DNA of 63,847 nt, the filler included, from Olpidium bornovanus S191 (lineage: Eukaryota > Fungi > Olpidiomycota): NCBI GenBank assembly GCA_017911155.1. It is 31 parts of 31 records of this genome, joined end to end, with 100 filler letters (N's around TTAATTAATTAA, not from the genome) between each part and the next. Parts side by side here need not be neighbours in the genome. Positions count along the whole stretch, not along the records: positions 13,581 to 15,009 come from JAEFCI010007566.1; positions 15,110 to 16,915 come from JAEFCI010006730.1; positions 17,016 to 20,323 come from JAEFCI010001354.1; positions 20,424 to 22,670 come from JAEFCI010012763.1; positions 22,771 to 24,437 come from JAEFCI010009870.1; positions 24,538 to 26,125 come from JAEFCI010000460.1; 25 more parts are not named here. The stretch is one strand, 5' to 3'. The notes under the pieces are model-generated. The model worked only from the letters and a program-made list of their open reading frames with translations. It was not told the origin of the DNA and made no database searches. The position numbers and the translations under genes are program-made. The stretch's first letter is position 1. Every line of letters starts with the position of its first letter. Of the stretch, positions 13,764 to 26,225 are shown piece after piece.

Positions 13764-15009
13764 ATGGCGAGCAAAGTGCAGAAGGTTATGGTCCAGCCCA
13801 TCGTACGTTCCCCCCCCGTCCTCCCCCGCCCTCCCCCGCCCGTCCGCGCTCTTTCCCGACGTTTCCTGCGGAACCGCTTCTCTTCTCCCCCCCTTGCCGG
13901 GGTGCGCGCGCGACGCCCCCCGCGCGTTTGCGGCTGCTTCGCGGCGGCAAGCCCCGGCGGAGTTCCGGCAGGTCCGCCCGGGGAACGCCCCGCTCCCGAC
14001 CTCCTCTCCCCCGGCACGGCGGCGCGTCTAGCCCGAGGAGGGGGCGGCGCCCGGGCGCCGGAACGCCGGCAGGGAGGGGGCCCGGCAAAGCGGGAGGGGT
14101 GGATCTCCGGCGGAACGCTTCCGCGCTCGGCGGGCGGGGAGCAGCGCAAAAAAAAAGAGAAGAAGAAGAAGAAAACAGAAAGCTTTTCGGAGCGCGCCGC
14201 CGCCGGCGCCCGCCGGCCCGATAAAGAGCTGACGGTTTCCCTTCCCCTTCCCCCACATCGCCCCCTGCGACTCTGTCGGACCATGACGGTTAAACCCTCC
14301 CCCCCCTTCGACGGGCCGGAGAGTAGAACCTGATTTTCAGGTACCTGCAGAACGTACGTGCGCTGTCCCTCCCCGCCACCGAACCCCTCTGTCGAGGAAG
14401 GTCGAGGAGGGGACGATTTCCGAAGAGCGGGAGGAAGAGGCGGGAGGGGTGTGGGGGGGGGGTTTCGTCGCGCCAAAAACGTAACGCCGCGCGGGATTCG
14501 TCGAAACCGTACAGAAATCACGAGTCCAGGTGTGGCTGTACGACCAGGTCGACATGCGGATAGAAGGCCGCATCATTGTACGTGCCTTGGCCGCGAGGTC
14601 CTTTCGTCAACGGATGCGTTTCCGCGACGCCGGTTTGTCCCGGCTGACGTTTTTTTTTCCACCTTTTTTTTGGTTTGCGTCGCACAAACCGCTCGGTGTA
14701 TCAAAAAGGGCTTCGATGAGTTTATGAACCTGGTTATCGATGAAGCCGAGGAGGTCAACGCAAAGAAGGAGTTGAGAAAACCACTTGGTAGGCAGTCGAG
14801 CCGCGGATTTTTCTGAGAAAATCATCCTGTGTGTGAAGCACCCCCCATTGTGGAGGGGGCGCGGCGGGAGCTGTGCTTCTGCGAAGGCAAGGGTGGTTGG
14901 TTTGGTTTTGTTGCATCTGTTGCTAAGCGCGGGCTGTCCCCCGTTCACTCCATCTGCACATTTCAAGGTCGCATACTATTAAAAGGAGACAATATTACTC
15001 TCATCATGT
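13764..15009 (+). CDS. SME1: Small nuclear ribonucleoprotein Sm E, five or more exons
   Basis: MASKVQKVMVQPI / LIFRYLQN / KSRVQVWLYDQVDMRIEGRII / GFDEFMNLVIDEAEEV / GRILLKGDNITLIM. Confidence 0.97.
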
Positions 15010-15109
15010 NNNNNNNNNNNNNNNNNNNNNNNNNNNNNNNNNNNNNNNNNNNNTTAATTAATTAANNNNNNNNNNNNNNNNNNNNNNNNNNNNNNNNNNN
15101 NNNNNNNNN

Positions 15110-15972
15110 CATGAACAGCGCAATACTCGCCCGGGCATCGCGACACAATCAATATTGACACTCACCGCATCTTGGTGCGGGTCGATGAAGCATCGGAAGC
15201 CGTATTGCTTCGCTTTTCGCAATAACGCGATGACGTAATCTATAAATTCTTCGTCGTATATACCTCTGAACGCGGAACAGCAAAGCATCGTGCACAACAG
15301 GTTATTAAAGCTTACGACCAGGGTCAGCGTACGACGACGTGTGACGCTATCCATCATCCCCCTTCACCCGCCCCTGCCTCCCTCCATTCTCCCGGTCCCC
15401 TCCCCCTTCGCCGGACCCCCTTCTCGCCTGCTCCTCTCCCACCTGCACGACGACTTTCGCTGCGTTTGTCATCAAGCACAAAACTCGGAGACCCGCACTC
15501 ACGGTCCGGCATGCTCCAGCGCTTCCCAGGCGGTACACAATCGCAGAAAATTGAATCCCCAAGAGCGCAACCGCTGGAAGTGCTCGTCGGCCTCGATCAG
15601 GGGAAACGGCCTTCCAACGAAAGTCACGTCTCTGTCTTCGCCCTTGAAAAAATCTCGTGGCTCGTGCGAATAGCGAGGGAAGCCGGGGCCCACGGGCAGT
15701 TTGTTTGCGCCTGAGTGACGTCGTGGGGTGGTCGGTGCCCGAAGTCAGAAGGACAAGGTGGTCCAGAGTAAAAGGCTTTTTGACCGGCGAGAGGATCCCC
15801 CACCTGACAGGTTGACCCCTCGAAGGAAAATTGTCTTGCCGGTCCCGTCCACAAACCACTGCCCCTTCGTTCGGAACGGCGCGGGCGGGGGCCTCTCTAC
15901 CTTCTGCGGGTCGTCCTGAACGATGTGCTGCGCAACGGCAGGTGCGATGACCTCGCTGTTCTCGGACAGCAT
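15110..15972 (-). CDS. GH5 endoglycoceramidase-related / sterylglucosidase (EGCrP, Egh1-like), N-terminal part
   Basis: WFVDGTGKTIFLRGVNLSGG; VTFVGRPFPLIEADEHFQRLRSWGFNFLRLCTAWEALEHAGP / GIYDEEFIDY...GFRCFIDPHQD; start codon uncertain. Confidence 0.9.
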
Positions 15973-16812
15973 CGGCGGCAACCGTGGGCAGCCGCTCGGG
16001 GGCGACGGCATGTCGCAGGCAAAGGCCGGGGCGGGGCGCGCGGCGCAATGCCTGCTGTCGGCGAATTGGGACCGGGAACAGGATGAGCGCGCGAGCTCGG
16101 CTCGAGCGAGGAGACCGCCGGCGGGCGACGGGCAGGTTGCGTCTCGAAACGCCTGCACTGCAGCAGCCCCACGCCAAAAGGGCGACCGAGGCGGGTCGAT
16201 CCGCCGCCGCCCACGCCAAAAGCGGGAGGTATGTGCGCGGGAGAGCCGCTCGCGGCTGCGGGCCGCCGTCTTTCAACAACAAAAGCAGCAGCAACGACGC
16301 CTCGCCGCAAAAGGCAGCGGCGGCGGCGCGGGCTTGCAAGGACGGGCGACGCCGCCGCCGGGAGCGTATGCAGAGGCAGCAACTTCGTGGGCGCGCGGCG
16401 TCAAGGAAAATAGGTAGAAGGACGAAACGCCGAATAGGGGACGGGAAGGAGGTCAAAACCAAGGCGAGGAGCACCTATGGGGCGGGGCGGGTCCCACCGA
16501 CCGATTGACCGGCCGACTGCAGGGGGATCTCGCGCGGGGCGGCGGGGGGGGGGGGAGGGCCGGCTGGTCGTCGTCTCCTTTTCGCGAGAGACAGGAGGAG
16601 GGGGGGAGGCGAAAGACAAAAATGCAGAGAAAAACGACGAGCCACGAGAGCCGGCGAGGAGCTTTCCAGGATTTTTTTTTTTTTTTTTTTCTTCCTTTTT
16701 TTTCGGTTCTTTTTCTTTCTCCGCTTCTTTTCTCTCGTTCTCTCTCTCAGTCTCAGCCCCGCGCGGGGCGGCGAGTTGAGTTGTGCGTGTGTTTTTGTGT
16801 TCCGCTTCATTT

Positions 16813-16854
<42 letters not shown>

Positions 16855-16856
16855 CC

Positions 16857-16898
<42 letters not shown>

Positions 16899-17232
16899 AG
16901 GAAGGGAAAGGAGCANNNNNNNNNNNNNNNNNNNNNNNNNNNNNNNNNNNNNNNNNNNNTTAATTAATTAANNNNNNNNNNNNNNNNNNNNNNNNNNNNN
17001 NNNNNNNNNNNNNNNCATGACTCAGCGCCGGTAGGATTTTATCCCCCTGCGGGCACCGACACACAGCCAATAAAACTTCCACAGCGTTGAGCTCGGACAT
17101 TTTCCGCAATATTCCGGAGCCAAAGAGTGGTGGTAATTCGCTGATATTACGGCTCTGTCGCCATTATGCTGGCACGCGCTATACACACCGTTCTCGGTCT
17201 TGGTCTAGATCTGGATTCTGGAGATCACGTGA

Positions 17233-17907
17233 TGTCACAACTAGACACACCGGTGTGTCTAGTGGTCTCGGCGATTCTTGGGTCACGTGGTTGGCGCACG
17301 GTAGGCTGCTGTCACATACAATGTGTGTGTCTCAGGGTGCGCACGCACAGGGCGCCCGCCATCAGAAATCCAAGGTCACGAGACCTTGGCGGCCAAGCGC
17401 ACTGTGTGCACGCTCAGGGGTATCCCACACGCATGGGACAGACCGCCCGCATGGGACGCCCCGCGCTTAGGGGGTGCCGCACACATAGGGCAGACCGCCC
17501 GCATGGGATGCCCTGCGCTTAGGGGGTCCCACACACATGGGGCAGACGGCTTGCATGGGACAACAGCACACCCACACACCCGTGTGCACACCACACACGG
17601 GGGCACGCCGCGCTCACGCAAGGGACTCTAACTACGAGCCGTCAAAAGGGTGCGGGCTACACGCCAACGCGCCTATGAAAGACCCAGAACCTCGTAGTTC
17701 CAGATAGAGCCGCAGAGCCAAAAACTCACACCTCGATCCTGATCCCGATCCCGTCCTCAAACCTCAAGCTAAACTTGGGTCTTTTCCCAACAAGTTGTCG
17801 TCCTGATCGCGCCGAAAGCACACGACAATAAAAGATTTTATTACAGCTGCCCGGAGAGGGGCTTGACACAGCTCGAGAGGGGTTTGACGCCAGCTGGCGC
17901 CGTGACA
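17233..17907 (-). mobile_element. Probable 3' LTR (675 bp) of an LTR retroelement
   Basis: TGTCAC...GTGACA inverted termini; directly preceded on the minus strand by the purine tract AAAAGTGGGGGGGGG (17908-17922); both ends match the LTR start at 56235-56353. Confidence 0.7.
17420..17560. repeat. About 51-bp tandem repeat (about 2.7 copies) inside the LTR
   Basis: Repeating unit like cacacatggggcagaccgcccgcatgggatgccccgcgcttagggggt. Confidence 0.8.
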
Positions 17908-20204
17908 CCCCCCCCCACTTTTCGGCTCCAAAAAGTCAAAACAAAACGACGCACGATCGTGCCGAGCTTAAATCTTGGCGGACATGAAAGGCGAGCGTCG
18001 ACTCCGCTGGCGCGTCCGGTCTGCAGTCCACGACTGTATAGTAAGGAGTCATGACGCTTTTGAAGCTCCTGCAGAAGCGTATAGACATCGCTGTAGTGTG
18101 TGCTCGGCACACCGCAATCGTCTCCGAAGGCTGGCGTGAGGGCGGCTCTCTACAAGCACAACACGCTCAGGTCGAAGTATGTCTCGATGTATACGGAGCG
18201 TATTGACAGCGCGGCCGTGCACCAGGGTGGATACTCGTGTCAGCGGTAGTGCTCCCAGCCTTTGCAAGGGAAATGGGCGGCTTGGTCAGAGGGCCCCCAA
18301 CCAGAGCTTGCTTCATCCCTTGGAATGCCTGGGTGTGATGCGCGCACGCCTCGGGGACCGTCCGGGGCCGCCATCGCCAGGGGCATGTGACCCAGACCCA
18401 CCCCCTCCCTCCCTTGATAACCCCCGAGCCCCCCTGGGAAACCCCGCGTGTGCACTCCGCCCGCCAACGCACTCCAAGACGGGACCCGCGCGGAGACAAG
18501 CGAGACGGAGGGACCAACCGGCGACCATGGGCGCAGACCCGCGGGGGCGCCTGCGAAGCACCGCGCGGCGCCTGGGTTCTCTTGTTTTGTTCATATCTGA
18601 ATTGCGTGAGGTAGTTTTAGCGAATACTTCCTCGGAGTAGTTTATGAGCAGGAAAAGAATTAATCGGCGACATTCAGATGTTCACGGACAGTGGCGGTTT
18701 GTTCGACTCATAAGCTGTTTTGTTCTTCTGTAAATTTTCTCTTGTATTTTATTTCGGTTTTCAGTTGGTTCGCTTTTTCAAGGTGTGGTCGCTTTCACGC
18801 TAGCCGTAACAGAATCCACTAAACCTTTGAAGAATTTGGTTTGATTGGGCAGAGGCCAATAATTGGATATTCCTGGTGGCTTGAACGGTAGCACAGCTCC
18901 TTGGCACCCTCTGGAATCTCTTGTTTTATTGCATAAACCCTGTTAATATAAAATTCAAAATAAATATTGACTGGAGTAATTAACGAATCTTTCTGAATAT
19001 GATTACTATCGTCATTATTTACCCCTCTTTAACGAATTTTGGTACGAATTTGCGTTTCGAGTACTTCATACCATATGCGTATTACTGTAAACAGCGGTAC
19101 ACCGCTTTGCCAAGCAGCGATCACGTGATGAATTCTCACCTTTTTCCCTCTTTCCCTGTCAACCCTTGGCACCAAGCCCCCTTTTCGCCCACCTGCTCGC
19201 AGATTCTGCGCGCACGGAAAGCACTCGCACGGACTGCGTGCACGGACAGTCCGACGACGGTCCGGGAAAGCGGCGGCGGCCGGTACACACAACCTCTCGG
19301 TCGTCCCCATTTCCCTGTTTCACCCGCGAACCCCCGTGGTTTGCCCTCCCAATTCCCGCCTTTCGACGCGTTTCGTCCGGGTTGCAGGGCAGTCGACAAG
19401 GCGCAGGTAGGGTGACGGCGCGCTTCGGTTGTTCCGAGGCGCCGAGGCCCTCGGCAGCGGAGCGAGTGTTTGCGGGCGGCCAGCCTCCCGGGGCGTGCAG
19501 CGGTCTCCGGCACGGGTGGTTACGGGAACCGGCGGACTTTCTTTTCCGGCCGCCCGTCTTTGCTGCTGACAATTAAACCCACTCCAGTTCCTCGCACGCT
19601 CACAGTAACCCGGCAGATTCTTCGCCCCGCCTCCTTGGTCGTCCGCTTCGCGAGATCCGCCGTTCGTTCGCACCACAACGCCCGCCACTTCCCCGTACGC
19701 ACTTGCCACAAAGTAACAGCACCTTTTTTGTTCCATCGTTTGTGTCGCCCTTTCCCACACCTGACTCACGGCACCGGAGAAATGACACTGGCAGCCGTTC
19801 GTCAATTCCGCCGGCGGTGTCACCAAAACCCGCGTTCTCCTCACTGTCCTTGCCCACCTGCCTCCACCCACGCGCGTCTCCAATCCTCCACGTCAAACTC
19901 TCCTGCTTTTCCTTCGTTTCCTTCACCAGATTAGCTCCCGACGCTTCAAGTCTCCCGGTCCAGCACCAGATACCGCACGGGTATATCCGCTGTCCCTGCC
20001 ACCGCACGGAAATTTCGCATTTTACTCTCTGCGAGCTTCTGCAGACCTCCAAACGTTAGCTGCAGTGCACTGCCTGCCTCTGCGGTCTCACGCCGTCTGG
20101 TCTTTGCGACAAAGAAGAGTGGCCTGCTCACTTTGAACATTCGCGTTCTTCCTCCCGTTCCGGAGTCGTTTTGGGACGACCGTTCACTACCAAACGCCGC
20201 TAAA

Positions 20205-20323
20205 ATGTCCGACAACGAGGACCAGCGTGCCACTGACCCGCGCAAGCGTGGACTGGACTTGGAGGATGATTTTTCCGACCGCGAAGACCACGATGGTCAG
20301 CCCGCCCGGCACAGTAACAAACG
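20205..20323 (+). CDS. Possible first coding exon of an unidentified gene, cut by the contig end
   Basis: AAAATGTCC start context; MSDNEDQRATDPRKRGLDLEDDFSDREDHDGQPARHSNK is open to the contig end. Confidence 0.35.
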
Positions 20324-20653
20324 NNNNNNNNNNNNNNNNNNNNNNNNNNNNNNNNNNNNNNNNNNNNTTAATTAATTAANNNNNNNNNNNNNNNNNNNNN
20401 NNNNNNNNNNNNNNNNNNNNNNNAACTAAGTGTCTTCGACAACTTGGCCGGGGAATGAGGAAAATATGGCTGAGTGACAAAAATGTGTGCAGATTTTTTT
20501 TGTTATCAGTGAACGGATTATGAAGATGCCGTTCGGGAGGCATGTCCTATACTGGCACTCCAGATAACCATGAAGGAACGCTACTGAGTTCGCCATAAAA
20601 TGTACCTGCGGCTGGGAAAACGGAAAAAGGTTTCAAGAAATCAGGGAACGGCG

Positions 20654-21260
20654 AAAGCTCTGAGGAGATATTGCGACTGTTTGACGAGAAGTTTAAATAG
20701 ATGGATCCGGATAACTAAATGATGTTTCCGAATTACAGAAAACTGCACCTTCAAAAAGCGTGTTTGGGGGAAGCGATATCTATTAGGATTTGCCAAAATA
20801 ACCGGGAATCTGTCAAGGATTAGATGACTGTAGAAGAAGTGGCATGGCGCCTCACACGAGGAGGGCTGGTCCGCCCCGCGAATAAATTTTTAGAAATAAC
20901 AAGCAAAGAGAAATGGGCAGCGCATGAACGGAGGAAGGCCATCTCCATCAATAAAGCCCTGAGGAGATATTGCGACTGTTTGACAAGAACTTTAAAGAGA
21001 TGGATCCGGATAACCAAATGATGTTTCCGAATTACACAAAACTGCACTTTCAAAAGCGTGTTTGAAGGAAGCGATATCCATTACGATTTGCCGAGATGAC
21101 CGGGAATCTGTCAAGGATTAGATGACTGTAGAAGAAATGGCATGGCGCCTCAGTCGAGGAGGGCTGATCAGCCTCCCGGATAAACCTTAGAGAGGCAAGC
21201 AAAAAGAAATGGGCAGCACATGAACGGAGGAAGCTATCTCCATCAATAAAGTTTTGAGGA
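20654..21260 (+). repeat. Tandem duplication of an approximately 297-bp degenerate coding-like unit
   Basis: aaagc(t/c)ctgaggagatattgcgactgtttgac at 20654 and 20953, with a third partial start near 21248. Confidence 0.9.
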
Positions 21261-22791
21261 AGTTAACGAGACTCCTCGGGCGCCGTATCAGACGGCACTT
21301 TGTGAGCTTCTGTGCGCTATCGAGGGTCACACTGGACAAACTTCTGTGCATGTGTCAACGCCCGCATCATCCAGTGTGGCAAGTCGACCAACTGACGGGA
21401 GCAACGGTCCTCGTACTATGACCTGTCTTTCTGGTGTGACCAACCAGGTCATGTGAAACGCGTTCGGATCTCCGAGAAATTACCCGTCACGGAGCAGTTC
21501 TTTATGATAACGGGAGAATACTTTGCCTGGATGGGACATCTCTTCAGCTTCCCTCCCCCCCTTCCCCCTCTCGGGATTGGGGAGGTTACGCGCTATGTTT
21601 ACGCTCACCCTAACCCCTTGATTTTTGACGCTGTGGCAGGAATAAAAAGGGAAGGGCGGGTGCGCTTTGCTTTTTGTTTTTAGCGTATGCGTGAGAGAGG
21701 TCGTTGCGTACGTTCACATTGCGCGCGTTGCATTGTACCCGTATGTCATTTGCCGGCGTGGCGTATGTCGTTGCGTGCGCGGCATACGTCGTTGCGCACG
21801 TTGCGTGCGTTGTGTGTTTTCCGTACTTTGGTTCGCTCGCCGACGGCTGCGGCCGAAGCCGCGACTGGGAATCGCAGATCCAAGGGATCGGCCGATTTAC
21901 GGGATTTGCCGGGGGGGGGGGGACAGACGAGATGCGCAGATCTGCATGATTTCCAAATTTAGGGGATTCGCGGATTTTGATGTGCGGAATAAGTTAATTT
22001 ATTCCCCGAATACGAGATTTGCGAAATTAGAAGTGTGGGATTCCCAAATCAACAAGATTTACAGATTTGTGTGGTTCCCAGATTTGCCCGATTCAATACC
22101 CATCGGGAGTCGACATCGTGCCCGTCTTGCCGCCCTCGTGCGCTGTCGTGCAGTAATTGTGCCGCTGCCGCCATTTGGCGGCTGTCCGGGACCGCCGTGC
22201 GCCGGCGTGCACCGTCATTTAGCCGCTTCCGCCGTCGTGTGTCGCCGCGCGCCCTTGCGCCGTCATAACGCTACTGCCATCACATGCAAATTGAATTTTT
22301 TTATTTTTTGGTTGTTGATGACGGCCGCAGGCTTACTTTTCCTGCAGTTTGTCACAACTCCCCGTCCCCCTGCAAATAAGAACAACAAAGGCGTGGGCTA
22401 CAGGGGATGGAGTGGGGCAAGGGGTGACGAGGGGCGACATGGATGAAGCGGCAGAGGCTACCGTGGAAGAAAAAAAAAGGAGGGGGTTAGGGGGGTGGAC
22501 ATGGGGAGAGTCTGGGAAGCCCCGGAGGGCCGTTCGCAGGGTGTGGGCGCTTGGGTGTGGGTGGACCAATGAAATGGCATAGGGTCATGCCGCAAATGGC
22601 CGGGTGTAGAAGGGGCCGGGGTGGGTAGAGAGGCGGCAGCAGAGTCCCGCCGGAAAATTTAGGGGGGGGGNNNNNNNNNNNNNNNNNNNNNNNNNNNNNN
22701 NNNNNNNNNNNNNNTTAATTAATTAANNNNNNNNNNNNNNNNNNNNNNNNNNNNNNNNNNNNNNNNNNNNAAATTGACGCAATACCGCCCG

Positions 22792-22834
<43 letters not shown>

Positions 22835-23171
22835 CGTCCGTGCCACGTTTGGAAACACGAAAAGAAAAACAAAAACGGACGCCCGGCGTTTGGTCGGCCA
22901 CGTCGCCCAGTGCCCCGTGTGTCCGACGTGGCGCCGCCGCGCTGAAAGCGGTCAACCCCCTTTATCCCGCCCTCCTCCCTACACCCCCCCAGGGGGTGCC
23001 GAATTCGCTCGGCCAGTCCTCACCGGCGTCCCGCGAAAGCCGCGCATTGAATTCGCCCAGCCCTGGCCCCGCCAGTCTCTTCCGAAGTAAACCCTCCCAA
23101 AGCCAGCGGGCGCGCCCTGCAAGGCAGACGCAAACCTCGGTGCCGGCTGACCAAGAAACGCGCCGTCTCCC

Positions 23172-24437
23172 ATGGCACACCGGCCAGAAATGGAACGGGT
23201 TGAGGGGGCGGACTGCGACCTCGTGCCCATGGACGCGGTACCCTCTGCGGACTTCTCTCTGGTCGTCGAGACCGCTCTTGAAAAATCCGGATTCGGCGAC
23301 GGGGGCGATGGCTATGCTCTGCTGGCGGCGGCTTGGGACCTGCGGTCACGCAAAGAAGGATGCCGGCATGGCACACTGACCGCGCCCGCGCCGACTGGAA
23401 ACGTGGCGGCGGAGGAGGCGGCAGAATGTCTTGACATGGATCCTGTGAGCAGCGACAGGCAAATGCCCTTGGACGCCGTGCTCGAGAAGGCGGGACTCGG
23501 CCAAGGCGGAAAGGGTTACGAGGCGCTCGAGCAAGCGTGGGAGCGGAGACGGGAGAGGGACGGCCGCGTTCAAGTCAGGCGATGGATGTCCCCCGTCACG
23601 CGCGCGGTGGAAAGAACAATTTCCAACGTGATGTCCGCTGCGAGGGCCCGAGGCGCTAAGGCGACGGCGCGAAAGCTACCGAGGCTTTCCGAAAGCCGGG
23701 CCGTTGCGATCATGCGGGCAGCCGCGCCAATCCGCGAGGCCATGGACCGCGCAGCGGCCGTCCGCAAATTCCGCCTGCGGCTTGGGGCGAAGCGGAAAGA
23801 TGTGCGGCGCGCCATCTGTCGCCGCCGTCGGAGAGAGTCGCGTCCGCGAGCGGATCCAGCCTCCAGTGCCGGAGGTGTGTTTTTCTTTTCCGTTTTGTTC
23901 ACATTCTTTTGATCCCCGCCGCCGCGATTGCGGCCTAACAAGAAAGAAAAACAACCCCTTTGAAACTGCCCGTCGCGCAGAAGGGACGCCTCAAGCTCTG
24001 GGGTCAATGCTGGACCTTATCCACCGAGCAAACAACTCAAATGTTTTCCATCGGCAGTTCGGAGCGTTGGGAGCCCAGACGGTCGAAGAGGAGCGCCGGG
24101 CCGAGCCGGTCGAGGTCGAAGACACCACGCAGCACGAGCTGCTGCACCCCGTCGGCCGGAGCGGCGGCCGCGCCCACCACCGTGCCTGCCGGCGCAACGC
24201 GGACATCCTCGTCGCGGGAGACTTTGTCTCCGTCTTGCCCAGCGTGCCGGGCTCTCGCGACAGGATCGGGATGCTCCAGTACGTGTTCGCCGACGACAGC
24301 CAGCGCGCCGCCCACGTCATGTGGGCTAGCCCCGGCGCGGAGATCCCGCGCGTCGGCATCTTTGCCCGCGACGACCGAGAGCTGTTCATCGTCGACAGCT
24401 GCGAAAACGTCCCCCTCGGCAACCTGACGGGGAAGGC
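23172..24437 (+). CDS. BAH-domain protein, most like the N-terminal half of a DNMT1/MET1/DIM-2-type cytosine methyltransferase; 3'-truncated
   Basis: A GT-AG intron at 23875-23980 joins the two ORFs in frame (..SAG-E-GTPQ..). Exon 2 ends DFVSV...IGMLQYVFADDSQRAAHVMWASPGAEIPRVGIFARDDRELFIVDSCENVPLGNLTGK, a BAH core. The catalytic domain is not visible. Confidence 0.6.
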
Positions 24438-24537
24438 NNNNNNNNNNNNNNNNNNNNNNNNNNNNNNNNNNNNNNNNNNNNTTAATTAATTAANNNNNNN
24501 NNNNNNNNNNNNNNNNNNNNNNNNNNNNNNNNNNNNN

Positions 24538-26125
24538 CTCGAATTTCCTGGTTGTGAGGTTGAACACCGATCCCAGGAACAGGGCCACGAGGGTGCAGGT
24601 GAGCGTTATGACGTTGTAGGGCATGCTAAAGTCAGGCGTCGGCAGCGAGACGAGGAGGTTGCCGGTGTACACCCGCTGCTGGTACCCGGTCATGCCGATC
24701 AGTGACACGTCCCTGCGGCAAATTTTTCCAGTAACGAAAAAGGGATCAGGGGAGTCGTCAGAGCGGGCGAACAGGAAAAGAAGAATAGGAAAAGAAGGAA
24801 AAAAAAAATGAGAAAGAAAAAAAGAGAAATGGAAAAAAAAAGAGTCGGCCGGGAACTCGCAAGAACGCATGTGGAGCGTTTTTTGGCGGATTCCCGCAAA
24901 ACAAGCCGGAGTTGTGTGTGTCGGACGCGAAACGGTTTATGCTGCTCCGCTCACCGGTCTTTTTGACGGCCGCGCAAGTATTCCAAGCCGCCGGGTCCAA
25001 TGATGTCGCGATCTTTGGGAAGCGAAACCGTCACCACCGCGGGCCTGACGCGAACGAACCTTGATCTGTTCAGTTTCCACGCCGCCGATTTTATTTTCTC
25101 TTTTCCCCACTCCGTATCCTTGCACGCGCCGAGCGAACGACGAGAGGAGTTCACCCGAGATCAAACCCGCGGTTGGCATCGGGGGGATGCTCCGTGTACT
25201 TCAGGAAAACTTTCTCGAAATCGAACTCCAGAGCTACCGCGGACCGGGGCGGCACCTCAACCTCCATCTCGAGAACCGCCGGTCGGCCCCTGTCGAGGGC
25301 GGGCTGAAAGTACACCCTCTCGACCACGTCCGGCCGGGGGACGCCGCTGATTGCCGCGTGAAGCGTGTGCAGGTGGACCTTGAGGAACCACGGCACGGAT
25401 TGAAACACCTCGGCAGGGAGGCTGACGTTTCCCGCGTTGTGCAGCTCTAATCGTATTCCTCCACGCTCTTGTCCGTAACCTAGTAGAGGTGCGCAAAAGC
25501 CCGGACGCTAATGATGATCAAGCGAAAATGAAAGAAAAAGAAAAGGACAAAAGACGACCAGGAGAAACGGGACACCAAACAAAACCAAGGCGGGCTTCTC
25601 CAGAACACGTAACAAGGACGTACCAGTAAAATACTGATGGGCGTAAAATCTTGGTTTGGTAGGTTTGACATCTGTAGGTTTTTAAAGCTCAGCGATGAAC
25701 ACGCGAATAATGCGAATTTGATTGAAACCCCGAGCTTTCACCTTTCTGATACTTATTTGAGCTCCAAGTCATCTTAACGTTCAAATCTTTCATATCCGCT
25801 GGAAAATTTTCCGCGACGGTTATTGCCAACCGATCGTGCTTTTCCGCACACTTTCGCCCGTCCTTACCCTTTTTGAGATCGTACACGGCCAAATTCCGCT
25901 TCACGCCCTCCTTCGCCTCTTCCTCGGTTACGTACGACGGTGTCGGCGACACTTTCGCTCCCTCAAACACCCGGTCGCCCTCCTCCGAGACGACCACGCT
26001 TACGCGGCTTTGCGCTGCGACGGGGCAGTCCCGGTTCACCGTCCGGTCGAAAAGACTGCGCAGCGACCAATCCCGCAGCCCCGTTTTCCGGCCGACGTCT
26101 CGCACCAGGGAGAGCGTCTGCATGA
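24538..26125 (-). CDS. GPI16: GPI transamidase subunit Gpi16/PIG-T, C-terminal part
   Basis: [18 protein letters not shown]; [12 protein letters not shown]...[14 protein letters not shown]...[21 protein letters not shown]; [27 protein letters not shown]. Confidence 0.95.
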
Positions 26126-26225
26126 NNNNNNNNNNNNNNNNNNNNNNNNNNNNNNNNNNNNNNNNNNNNTTAATTAATTAANNNNNNNNNNNNNNNNNNN
26201 NNNNNNNNNNNNNNNNNNNNNNNNN

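Noticed and set aside
18678-18811. TGTTCACGG...CCGTAACA inverted ends around an AT-rich 134 bp
   Set aside because: No target-site duplication and no second copy in the window.
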